Part shown: positions 36,416 to 50,563 of the stretch, one piece after another
Numbering within the stretch: position 1 is the stretch's first letter
How the letters are laid out: the number at the start of each line of letters is the position of its first letter
Assembly: GCA_000708835.1 (NCBI GenBank)
Contig: DF236950.1
Coordinates: 349,355-413,354, forward strand
Source of the DNA: Klebsormidium nitens
Lineage: Eukaryota > Plantae > Klebsormidiophyceae
Length of the DNA: 64,000 nt
Reading direction: 5' to 3'
The notes under the pieces: model-generated
Databases searched by the model: none
What the model was told of the DNA's origin: nothing
The model's input: only the letters and a program-made list of their open reading frames with translations
Made by a program: the position numbers and the translations under genes

Positions 36416-39400
36416 ATGGCGTCAACTCAGCTGGCTGCCCTCAGGCTTCAACCGCTGCAAGCCTCTGCTGGTGTTCCCCTTTCACAATGCCGAAAACACG
36501 TCTACACTGGCGTGTACATGCCAGGACAAAAGGCCTATAATGCCCCCCTGGCAGTGCATCAGATTCTGCGCTTGGCGTCACTCCAATCGCCTCCTCAGCA
36601 GCTGAAAGAGGTGGGGGAAGACCCATAGCATCATCAGAAAAGGCCCTAATCCTGCCGTTATTTGGCCCCAGCTGCAATTGCTACATTACTCCTCCAAGTA
36701 TGGAAGTCTCATAATTGCACAGAGGCATCAGCAAGTACGTTTCCTCAGGGCCATTCCATGAACCCCTGAGAATGCAAAGTTGCAGCAAATGCATCCCGCT
36801 GGAGTGTCTTTGCTTGTCCTGTCTCCACAAGGAGACACCCTTGCCTCTCGGCTTTTGATTCATGTTTGTGCTGCTTTCCAAGGTCTCGATGCAGTACCAG
36901 CTTGGTTCCGCCTTTCTCACTAGCCAAACCCAGTTCTATATGCCCACCACTGAATCACGTTATGCCAGAAGGTGACCAGGTGATACTTGCATCCAGGAAC
37001 AACCTCATCCCCACTTCGGAATTCTTTCCCCCTCATGCCTCCCAGGGATCAAAATCACTTTTAGGAAGCCGTTCCCCCAGCTCCCACAGGCAGCCACGTA
37101 TTCGAGCCACTGCCTCTGATGCGGAACCTGCAGCCCCCTCAAACCTGATTGGTGTCCATTGGCTGACATGGGCCGGGGGCCTGTCTGAAGAGGAGTGCCG
37201 CAAAGCAATCGATGGGTCGGCAAAGCTGGGATACGACCTTGTAGAAGGTGGGATGCGACTTGGTTTGTTATGACAATTGATTGAAAGTACAGGCCAATTT
37301 TCAAACAATACAACACAGAGATCAAAAGAGTTCTCTTTTAGCCTGTGCCTGCTTGGCTTGTTGATGGGCGTGTTTGTCAAATCACTGTGACCCGAAGCTG
37401 TCGTTGATCCTGAAGTATGATCATAGATACACGATAAGGAATGGGAGAATGAGCCCCCCTCCTTTGTTGCTCTTTGCACCACCCGATCATATGTTGGTCT
37501 TGAGCGCTTACTGTGGTGATTCCATGCAGTGCCTCTGGGCGATCCTGATGCGGTGAATGTTCCCCTTACACGTCGAATGCTCCAGGAAGCAAACATGGCG
37601 GCTACAGCCTCACTTGGTGGGTGTACACTGGACCACCTCCATTTGATTGGGCTGGATTTGATGGGCAGACCGTCTGATTGCTCTAATCGAATGCGCTCGT
37701 TCATCTCTCAATGTGGCTGGCTAGCACTGCGCTTTGGTTGGCAAGTTGGAGAAAGTGCACAATCTCCTTGGGGAAAGTGCATAATCTCCTTGGGGAAAGT
37801 GCATAATCTCCATCCGTCATTCAAGTTTCTGCCAAGGTTGTCTAAACATCTCAAGACTCTCTGGCTTTCGTTGCAGGTCTTCTGCCGCATGCTGATGTTT
37901 CCAGCGACGACTCTGAGATTGCGGCCGCAGGAGAGAAGGTGCGACTCCAGAAAAGACGGGGTCCCTTCCGTTTTCATGCGATGTGTTTCTGGCCAGGGTC
38001 TCAAAGAAGTCTGTTGAGCAATAGAGGTCAACGTTGTTCGTCTCGTCCTTGTCATTCTACGGAGCTTAAAGCTTGTTCCTCCCATTCAGCTTCTGGAGGA
38101 GGCGGTTAAAGTTGCGGCGGGGATTGGAGCGACCATTGTCACAGGTGGGGCCACACTTTTCTCGTCGAGAAGCCGGGAACAAGAATATGGGCCTTGAACG
38201 GACTGTAAAGCAGACTTGCATATGCCTTACCTGATTGGGTTGACATCTTCAGGCGTCACCAAGGGCCTCGCGCGCTTTTGAATCAAAGTGGGTGACAATT
38301 GAAGGTAATTCTTCAATATGCTGCATTAAGCCTGAGAATTTGCCTGCAGTGCACTTTCATCAGCTTGAGGCATGGTCTACTGTGTAATCGGCACTGCCCT
38401 CACGCTTGTGGCCGCATGCCCCCGGATCAGACCAAATTTTTGCGAACAGCCTCCTTCACGTATTTCGTCAGGTATCACATACAGTGCCCTTCACAAGTAT
38501 CCGTCCGGCCCAACCGTTGCTGGCCGTCGCAACAGCGTGGTGGCATTGAAACGGATTGCAGCACGGGCGGCCGACTCGGGCATCGAGATCGGTCTCGAGG
38601 TCGTGAACCGATACGAGAGCAACCTGATCAACACGGCCGCAGAGGTGAGGGCCAGCGACCTCCTCCGGAGTGCAGTCGGGGATAAAGGCTGTTTGGATAC
38701 AAGCAGTCCTGGTGCAAGGAGTACAAGATGCACGATAAGAGAGCGGTTTGATTGCATGCCACGTTACTCTCATTACGGATCTCACGGTTTGTCCGGGTGA
38801 GACAAACCGCTGTGAACGGGTTTTAAGACCAGATCCCCCGAATCGTCCGTCAATGTCCCCACCCAGATTTTCTGCATTGCAGCTTGAGTTCTATGGCCTC
38901 CTTCGCCATTCACAATCCTGTCTAAGGAGTGTCTACAACTTGCGGACTGCGAACTACTAGGCTGCTTTTTGAAGGGGCCCCGAACCCCGGTAGTGACTCT
39001 CGATGTTGAACAAAAGTTAACTGGTGCAGGCTATGGAGCTCCTCTCGGAGATCGACCACCCGGGGGTCATGGTGCATCTAGACTCGTACCACATGAACAT
39101 CGAGGAAAACAGCGCCGCCGAGGCCGTGCAGACGTGCGGAGACAAACTGCGCTACGTGAGCTTCGAAAGCCCACCTGCCGTTCTCTGGGTCTGAATGCTT
39201 GAGAACTTGATTGATGATTTGTATCTTGAAAGCTTCTCGAAGGCGTGACCTTTCCGTTGCTGTGCAGTTGGACTTTGCAAGCCCGCTCCTAAGTCACGTG
39301 ACTTTTGTGTGGCATGCCTCAGAGAGCCGGCCGGGCCTGTCGCTCCGGTGGCTGCGGCACCTGTCAAGAAGTGGGTAAGATGACAGATTGAAGTGATTCT

Positions 39401-40311
39401 TGAAGAACGTCGGAACGGCTGATGTGCAGGTGCACATAGGAGAGAGCCATCGAGGGTACCTCGGAACAGGTTCGTCTGTCGCATCCTTAGTATATTGAAT
39501 GCTACTTCGACACACGCCTGGTGATTCACAAAACAAGCCAGGCCCTCAAATTCTTGGATCAAGTACTTAAATCTCAATCGAAATCTCGACTTTACATTTA
39601 TGTTCAGCATGATCCAACCGCACGCTTGACGTTGATCGTTGAATGAACCTGTCTACCTGCACCTCGTATGTCCCGCCGTCTGGCTTACAAGCCCAGCGAC
39701 ACTGACGCCCCCTTACTGCGTAAATTCAGGCAGTGTCGACTTCCCCGCTCTCTTTGCCGCGCTAGCCGCTGCCCGGTACAGGGGCCCGATCACCTTCGAG
39801 AGTTTCTCGTCGCGCGTGGTCAACCCGCAGCTGTCCAACACTCTCTGCATCTGGCGCAACCTGTGAGCTCCCGCCGCACCAATGTTTGTTTGGAGAATAT
39901 CTGCCCTCGGTTGGTTGGGCGTTCGAAGTTTTTCATTTCAGTCCTCCTGGCCTCTTTCGAGGCTCACAACTGAGGAGATGGGATCAAGAGGGCTGAAACA
40001 CTGGTCGCTCGTTTGCATATTACGACAGCATGAGTTAAGCTGACAGGGGCTTAGGGCACTGATGTCAGGAGATCAGGGCACTACCGATGGTTGTAGCGCT
40101 CTAGCGAGCGACTAGTTTGCTTAGTTTCCGTTCAAGCAACCGAGAGACCGATCCTTTTTAATCAGGCTTTTGCTCGTTGGCCAAGATTTCTCGTTCTTAC
40201 TCCTCAGGTCGATAATGATGGAGGTGCTCTTTGTCGCCGTGCAGGTGGGAGGACTCCGAAGATCTGGCTCAGCACGCCAAAGCTTTCATCGATGAAAAGT
40301 GGAACCCCTAG
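36416..40311 (+). CDS. D-tagatose/D-psicose/L-ribulose 3-epimerase family ketose 3-epimerase with a probable plastid transit peptide; 363 aa, 10 exons
   Basis: Exons 36416-36610, 37094-37247, 37530-37616, 37877-37938, 38090-38144, 38472-38644, 39030-39155, 39430-39469, 39730-39862, 40245-40311, all phase-consistent. Catalytic/metal motifs intact: LEVVNRYESNLINT, HLDSYHMNIEE, YVHIGESHRGYLGTG, ITFESFSS, IWRNLW. N-terminus MASTQLAALRLQPLQASA...RIRATAS. Confidence 0.93.
37752..37811. repeat. 22-bp tandem repeat (AAAGTGCATAATCTCCTTGGGG x2.7) in intron 3 of the epimerase gene
   Basis: Copies at 37752-37773 (one mismatch), 37774-37795, and a partial copy at 37796-37811. Confidence 0.9.
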
Positions 40312-41432
40312 CGAGGATTGCATTGGTTCTCCTGTTGCTACCAGGACTGGACAGCGTCTTGAGTTTGAGAAATAGGTCTAGAGGCGCGCGTAAGTTTTGG
40401 GCGCTTACCACCTTGCAGAATCTGACTGAGCGGCGCGCGCATACGGTACATACACGTCTAAGCTAACTGACAGCAACGAGTCGGCATGCGACTTGGATAT
40501 GCTTGCACATGGCCCGACGTATACCAAACGGTAGGCCAGGCTTTTCCATATTGCGTGCATTGAGGAGCCCGGCGTGCAGCGGCCTATTTCAACAATGATT
40601 TCTCAAGGTTTAACAATTGTCATGTGTATGTCAGCGTTTAAGTAGAGCTAGCCTGCTAAATATTGCGTGCGTCAAATATAGCAGATTCGCGCACTGAAGC
40701 GCTTTTGCAACATGCCAGTCATAAATATTATTTAAATATATGCAAATGCTCACCAATAGCGCTCTCAAACACCGCGCATCGACATCCTTAGCTATATAGC
40801 CTCCTCACGTGCGCATGTGATTTAGCCTGCAGCCGCGGGCGGCCATGCCCATGTTGCATGGCGGCTATGTCAACGCGTCTATACAATCCGGTGGAAAAGG
40901 GGGGCCACTGAATGCACTGCTCGACGAAACTCCACCGGTTCTTAGCCGCTCAACGATTGATCGTTTTGGAGAAGCTATAGTCGCTTCATCATGTTGCCGT
41001 TGAGAGCATGTATGCATTTGCAGACCTTCCGCATCATACACCTACAAAAGCTGACGTCACGCTGGATTCAATATGCACTCAGTAACCTTTAGGAACATGC
41101 CTGCAGCGCCTCGGGCGGGGCTTGTGGTCACCGTTTTGCAACTGCCGTTGAACTTACGACTGAGATGGCGCCTTAATGGCTGGCACTTTCAATGACAGGA
41201 ATGATATTGGCACCAGTTTGCGTACGGCAGCTGGTAAAGTCCACAAAGGAGTGCTACTATAGCACTGCAAGCTGTACCTACAGATTCACCTCATTGGCCC
41301 TGCATACCTGCCGTGCCTGCAATGCAGTACAGTCAAAGAACTCTTCAACAGTACAAACCTTTACCTGTGAGCACACTACCTCGCCCCGGGCCGGGTCCTT
41401 GCGTGCTTGTTCACTTGTTCCCGGTGCACAAA

Positions 41433-44400
41433 TCACCTGCTCTTAGCAAACAAATCTTTGACGTCTATGTACCCCTCTGCAGAAGGATCGGCAATCAGCT
41501 TGCAGAAATCGTCGCCGTTCGCTGGAAGTGGACCCGGCAGTGGCCGATCTGGGGTGATGCCAACCTGGAGAAGGAGGCGGAAGTCAGAGCTTAGGTACGT
41601 CCTTTCTAGCTTCGACGGGAGGCAAAGCTGGACTCGCAAGTCACCGTTATGGCTTCTGTTGTGAGGGACAGGGTTCTGCAGACAACCTTTCTCATCCATA
41701 ATACTCGAGCACAGAAGTACTACGGCAAGCTCGTCAAGTCTTACACTCGCACCTTCCCATGTGATTCTTGTCACAACGTTGACGAATTCTCTTGAAAGGA
41801 ACTCGTTGCAGAAAGGGAGAGGGTGCGCGGTGCTCACCTTGTCAATGTCGATCTTGGCAGGCGTCACATAGCGCGCAATCGTAACGGCTAGGCCGGAGCC
41901 GTCGGAGAGGGCAAAGACGGACTGAATCTTCCTGCAGATTTAAAAGCCGCAAAGCTTGTCACAATGCCTCCTGACAAGAAGAGGTCGCAGTGAGACAGCC
42001 AGGATTTGGGCGCAAAACTCCGGTCTGCACGCTGTCTACTTTTGTTGCAAAGGCCGCGACCAATTGGCATGCGCCTTCTCACAACAGCCAACTTTGCAAC
42101 CCAATCTCGATAAACATAGACGACAGCAGAATTCGCACCCCAAAGTTTCTGCAGTCTGTGCGCTGTGCATCCGCTGTCTTGCAGACATACAGCCACAAAG
42201 CTCCCGCTCGGCAGCTTTGCCTACCGACGTATCCAGCCTCAGATTCCCAATCGATTCCTCAGTTCCCCTCACCCTTTTCCAAACGTGGGCTCCCCCAGGA
42301 TAACCGCGCGCTTGTTGTCTTTGAGCGCCCCCGCCAGGATCTCGCTCGCGCTGGCCGTGCCCTTGTTGACCAGCACCGCGAGCGGCTCGCGCACCGAGAT
42401 GGCGGAGCCGGGGTCGTCCTGCTCGTAGATGTCGCGGATGCCCTTGCTGTCCTCGATGAACACGATCACGCCGCGGTCCAGCCACATCTTGGCCACCTCC
42501 ACGCCCGACGGGAACAGCCCGCCGCTGCAAAACATCAAAAGGAAGAAAATGTTGACGTTTGTATTTAAAGTGGGGTATTTATTTACGGTTTTAGTATGAG
42601 TGACTTAACCGTCAGGGATTCGACCATAGGCAGCTCGACTGCTCGACTACAGCCAGATTGGATGCTTGGCCACATTGAAAGGCTCGAACGACAATACGTC
42701 TTGTATCTGGGCTTCCGGTTGACAGCTGGGCCAACAAGCGTTTCCTTATCCTTGTCTGTGCCGATCAATCGACAGGCTGCTTCCATGCTGAAAAACTGTG
42801 CTTGACGAGTTAGCAGTCAGTCGGAACGGACATTTCTCCTGTCTTGAAAGAATCGTCTTGGCATCTGCCAACCAGGCCCCATCGGACGATCCAAACAATC
42901 AAAGTTAGGGGCTGCCCCCGCGATCGACGGTTCCGAACTTTTGATGCCGGGGTCCAAGAGCGTGCCTCCTGACTGCAGTTGCCCCCTTAACCGTAAACCC
43001 GCTTTTGCACAGGCGATGCGACACCTCACCTGTTGTTCCGAATGTCCAGCACGTACGCCTTCGCCCCCTCTTCCTTGAGCTTCTCAATCGCCTCCCGCAC
43101 AGCCGCCGTCGAGTTGCTGTTGAAGGTCGAGAGCCGAATGTAGCCCAGCTTGTCGGCCCCGTTGCCCGGAGTGCACAGCTTCGAAGACACCGGGTTCAGG
43201 GTGATCTTCTGCCGCCTGCAAGGCGATTGGGTTGGATGTAAGAGGAATTCGGATACATCAAAGGCAGCTTTGTTCGTGCTAGGGCTGCGGGTAATTTATG
43301 CGTGTTGAACGGTCGTGAGGGAAATATCAACGTGGCTCAATGGCGCAATCAGAGAGGAGAGTCGACCTTACATCGAACGACTCCCATCTCAGACTAGCAA
43401 GGAATCTAACAATCTTCGAAAGGTGCTCTGGAATCTGTGGTTTGAGTTTCGCAGTCCGCGAATGAATACCTGAGGAACGGAAATTTCGTCGTACTTCATT
43501 AACAACCCCAAAATGCCGCTCTTACGACGCAAGAAGAAACAACTAGTTCTTGTTGGCTGAGTTGGAAACCGCAAACTGACCCGTTCAACAGGGTTCGGAG
43601 CCAAGAGTGCCAATTGAAATCCGATTGATTACTTGTGAGATCGAAGATAATAATCCTCCGAGAACATCCACTACTCTCATCCAAACAAGACTCGATTCCA
43701 GGTCGCCAGGGAGGCATCCCTGCAGCAGGATTCCTGGTGACGACTTATTTCTACGTCTAGACTATAAGCAAAGTCTTATATCATCGTCACGAACCTCACA
43801 AATTGTGGACATTGCAACCGTTTCTCTCATGTCAGTCGATTCGAGAAGGGAACCCCCCGCACGAGCGCAAACATTCACAGGGCTTCGAGGGCGGCCCGTA
43901 CGCTCACTTTATTTGCACTGTCTCGCTCTTCCCGCTTCCATTTCTCCGTATTGTCACGACCACCTCGCTATCAATTGGTCCCCTGCGAACAAGAATTCTC
44001 TGGTGAGATACCACAGATAAGTACCAGCAGCTGCAGAGATCAGACGTGAGCATTAGGCTGCTGTCCATGTCTCCCAACTATTCAGTCAGCAATAACCGTC
44101 GAGCATCGTAGGAAAAGTCGTTAAGACCTGAGCTAACGGCTCACATCTGAGAGATCACACAAGCAGAGCCCCTGCTTCGACCACTTAAGAGATCATCGTC
44201 CAGCCCTACTATCGCAAAAGATCACTTTGTCGAGCTTTGCCTTGACAGGATCGTACAGGCAAAGAGCTGATGCTCACTGCAGCCTCTGTGCGGCATCGTA
44301 TAGGCCCATCCCTTCCGTCGTGGTATCGTCGATGGCCAGGATGGCGTCCCCTGGTTGTACCCCCGCTTTGTCGGCTGGCCCCCCCGTGACAGGTGTCACC

Positions 44401-45994
44401 ACCACGAGCATCGGAGGGGTGCTGCTGTTGAACCCGACCTCAAGACCAACACCGGTCACCGCACCCTGGGCGCCCGACTGCAGTGCATAAGATAAGAAAG
44501 AGACTCACCAAATGTAACTTCACGTTCGGTTTTCAGTGGCGGTGGAATCAGCGTACTGCAGTTGAGAAAGACTAGGAGCTGATCTGAAGCAAAGTGCGGC
44601 AGAGCAGCAACCGTCAGCGGGGGGCATCAAGCGCAGTCTTTGTCGGAGACACATCCGTGATAGCAAGGGCGTAGAGGATTTAGGATTACCTTCAAGGACC
44701 TAAACTTTTCTGGCTCCAGGAACCTTGTGAATGGGTCATCCAGAGTTGCCAGCATCTTCCGGATGGCAGCATCTGCACAGAGGGACTATAGGCAATTACA
44801 GCGTCTGACTACCACAGGACACTTTTGCTACTCTCTCAACTTAGAATGCCATATGTAAGAAGAACTGGTGGAAGGGAGATAGGAATCAACTTCTGCTCAT
44901 GGCCACGATCGAGATTTACAGCACATCTCTATGAATTTCGATTGCCTCGCGCTGAAAGTTGACCGTACTGCGCAACTGGCAGCTGGGTTCAGGCCACTGC
45001 TTCTATCTGTTTTCATTGGGGCTCACAAGTTTCGTCCCTGTCGTTCATTGGCGCGTTCTTGAGCGCGTTCTCCCGGTATTTGAACCAGTTCTGCCCGTTG
45101 AACGTCTTGTCAATGTACGCACGGTCTACCGTCCTCCACGCCTCTAGAAACACTAGGTTCTCCTCGGTCAATGCAGACGCTGCACAGAGTGTCCAGTAGC
45201 CGGTCAGTTCGACAGCCTACCAGAGTAAGCTCGATCGTGGTCGCCCCTCTACACTCTACACTTGTCATTCTCGACCAATTCATGGCCCTTGGCAGAAACT
45301 TGAGTCTTAAAAGCAGAAACATCCAACTGCAAAAGTAGAACTCGAGATTATGGGGTGGTGACAGGTCACCATAGTCAGCACTTCACGAGCAATCGGTGCA
45401 GAAGCAAAGGTGTTAGAGCATCATCATACAACACAGACAGAATAACCTATCGCTCCAGAATCGCTTCTTTTACACGCCCTCACCAGCTGGAGTAGGAAGA
45501 ACGGCCCACGAACCAGCGCACACAACCATGGCCGCGGCAGCCCCCACAAACAGCGTCCATATTCGGCGCCGCACCCTCCTCACGTACGCATCATCAAAGG
45601 GAACCGACCCCTGCAACGCTAATGCAATGGACGTTGAGATGCTCTGCGTAAGCGCTCTAGCTCGGAACAAAATTGCGGCCCAGTGTCGCCTACCGACCGA
45701 TGACTGTCTACTCAACTGAGTTGGAACAAGGTCGCTGCGGCTATTATGTACAGCAAATGGAGTCGCTACGAGAGTGTTTTTCCTGCTTGAGCGGCCCCGT
45801 AATGAACTTCGAGAAGGAACCCGGTTTTCCCGCCACCTGACATCCTTCCTGGCAGCGACTGCCCCGCTTGCAGTCCGTGGCAGAACTAGGTACGTTCGCG
45901 AAAGAGCGGCATTGCTTCCAGCAACGCTCACACCACACCCCAGCCCCTCGCACCAGCACTCCAATAGAGGCTGGGCCCGCAGGAGAGACGCCAT
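41433..45994 (-). CDS. CTPA: Photosystem II D1 C-terminal processing protease (CtpA, S41 family); 561 aa, 9 exons
   Basis: Exons 45484-45994, 45027-45179, 44690-44772, 44278-44477, 43908-43982, 43030-43215, 42273-42524, 41838-41931, 41433-41564. Mature N-terminus [34 protein letters not shown] segment GVGLEV, LDIRNNSGGLF, catalytic Ser in GTASASEI and Lys in TFGKG; long bipartite targeting presequence. Confidence 0.96.
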
Positions 45995-46398
45995 GCCAAT
46001 GCCCTCGAAGCCCTTCAGGCTTCACGTTCGACTCCGCTGTCTTCACGTTCTCGACTTCAGTCCTGACTCCTGAGAAGCTTCTCAATTTCAAGCTTGGCTT
46101 TGCTGCTTGGGGCACCTCCACTGGACCGCTTATGTATCCCGAACTTACTTGAATATACTCCTTGTTTGTCGCAATCGATAAACAATTGGTCTATTCCATA
46201 CCGGCTTATAAAATACTTACCCGGTGTCATTTGGATGGTATATTGTAAGGCGTATGATAAAATAGTCCAGCAAAATATACCGCCTCAGTGCTTTGAGCAA
46301 GCGAAATCAACTCGATTCCACGAGCTCTGCTTTCCCTCTTTCCAAGCTCGCTGCCTGCACCCGTGCCAGCTAGGGCGCCGAGTCCGCCTGCAGCAACC

Positions 46399-48388
<1,990 letters not shown>

Positions 48389-48833
48389 AGAGGGTGAGGC
48401 CAACACTCGCTTTTTAGAAGAAGACGGGTTGGTGATACAAAGTGCGGACAGATATATTCGTCGCTGCACATGAAGGAACTGCGATACTTCGAAGCTTACA
48501 CGATTTTGCTAAGGAGTAGTCCGTCAGTCTTAATGGCACAGTAAGACAAAGCCCTTCTTTGTTGTTCAAGACTCACTGACGTCTGCAAAATCAGTGGTTT
48601 TGCACTGCCTTTCTCTCCACACTCCCTTCCTTGAAGAAACTGAGGTTGATCGAGAACGAAGATTGTTCCTTTTCTTTTGATTGATTGTCAGAATCTTTGG
48701 ACAACGATGACCTAACTTTCAATGAGGACCCTGGTTCTGACGCGTGTTGGTTGAAGGGGCCGTTCTAGTACAAGTACGGTCTTTGGCCATGAACCTTAAG
48801 GCTGGCCGGGTGCATTACTCCCTTCCACCTGAG

Positions 48834-48853
48834 CTCAGCTCAGCTCAGCTCAG
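48834..48853. repeat. Pentamer microsatellite (CTCAG)4
   Basis: Four exact copies read directly. Confidence 0.85.
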
Positions 48854-50563
48854 AGGCAATTGCGCTCAGTCCACTGTCAAATGGAGTAGTCGAAACTTGG
48901 TCACGGCGGTTTCCAGCTTTTGACTAGGTCGTGGCATATTTCCAGCTTCTCTATAGAGCTGGTAGTCAAACATACACTAGATTGAAGAGCTCGCGTTCTG
49001 CAAGTTGAATTGGCGGCTGATGCAAAACGGCTGTAACATAGTCAATGATACCTTTGAGGCTGACGCTCTCGTTGAGAGCTGCTTGTAGCTTGGGCTGAGT
49101 ATTCTGTGTGCAATTTGCAGGTAATCTCCAGTTGTCACAGGCAGCGTTGAGGAAATTGGCGGATCAGGTGCATCCTTCTTCTAGTGCAGAAGGGGCTGCG
49201 CTTCACGCTTCCAATGTATTGTGGACGAGATGTGCTCTCCTCGTGGAAAGTTGCATGTGTCTTTCATTCGGAATGAACCGGTTCATGTGTGTTCACTCTG
49301 GTCATGTTGATGAGAACTCTTATCGTTTGTAGAGGGTCTGGAGCCTAGTCCGTTGCACCCACACACATTTGTTGATCGCCTTCATGTCCCATGAGAGTGG
49401 GAAATGCATTGAGCACCTTGCATGGGTGTCACATGGCTCTGCAACTCAACCTTCAAGTTGGTGGCGCTAGGTTGGGTGCACGTGATGTGCTGTCAGTGTT
49501 ATGTTGATCACGCTACTGGTGGGTAAAGATGCTGCATGGCATGGCGACTCGCACCGCATGCCCATAGAAATGTATACAAAATCTTGTTTTGAAGGCATGG
49601 TTGTCAGAAGTGTAGTAGAAAGTGTTGTAGAAATGATTGTAGGAAGTTCACTGAGTCTGTTGCTAGTTCAACCGTTTTATGGTTGCGGAGAATGAGCTTA
49701 TGAGAACAATGCATGGACAAATCCATGGACTGGCGGCCTGATGATTGCCTTCGGGTTAAGCACAGTGGTCCATGGCCCGGAAAGTCTATACTTTGCCTTT
49801 GGCGCTTCTGCGCTTGCTGCCGACTAATATACCAGGACAAGTTTGATTCCGTTTCCTGAAAGCATCAAATCGTATGACGTTGCACATATTTGATGAAGTA
49901 TGAGCAAGTTTGCTACCGTGAGTCAATAACGTTCATTCTTCATGTCTGCAGCCGGCTGTATTTCATGTGTCCCAGTCCCCTATACACCCATAAACCTGCC
50001 CTTGGCCGGAAACCTTCGAAGCGATCCGCGATTCAAGACAACCTCCACTCTAATAGCTGTGAAGCCTAGAGGCCGGGAAGAGTCCGAAGCATGCAAAGCG
50101 AGTCAACACAGTCAAGAAACCTTCAGTGCGGCAAGAGATGGGCCGCTTAGGTTTAATTTGTGGAACTTCAAATTTCTTGTCGAAGTCGATCAAACTAGCA
50201 AGGCTTTGAAAGCCCTGACCTTACACATCATGCAGGATACGGCTTGCCATGCATGACGACTTACGCACAGCTCCTCGATCCCATGCTTACGTCTGTTTCA
50301 AGGCCAGCAAGGCCGGGATCCACTCGCAACTTCGAACTGCATCAACAAAGCCGCTTGTTCCTGCTATTCAATGTGCGCGACAGTTTCGCTTGAGCGCGCG
50401 AATGATCAATCGTGGCTTTTCCAGTTGAGCCGCTCCTGGTCAGCGTTCGTGGGTAACAATAAGAACCGTAAATTTCGCGGTCCTTCCGCCAAAGCTTTGG
50501 AGGTGCTGCACTCTGCTGTTAGTCTGGAAGCTGCTCCATGCATGCGCACTCTTCTGCTTTGAA

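Noticed and set aside
37752-37811. 22-bp repeat considered as a CRISPR-like array
   Set aside because: The copies are directly adjacent with no spacers, it sits in a eukaryotic intron, and there are no cas genes.
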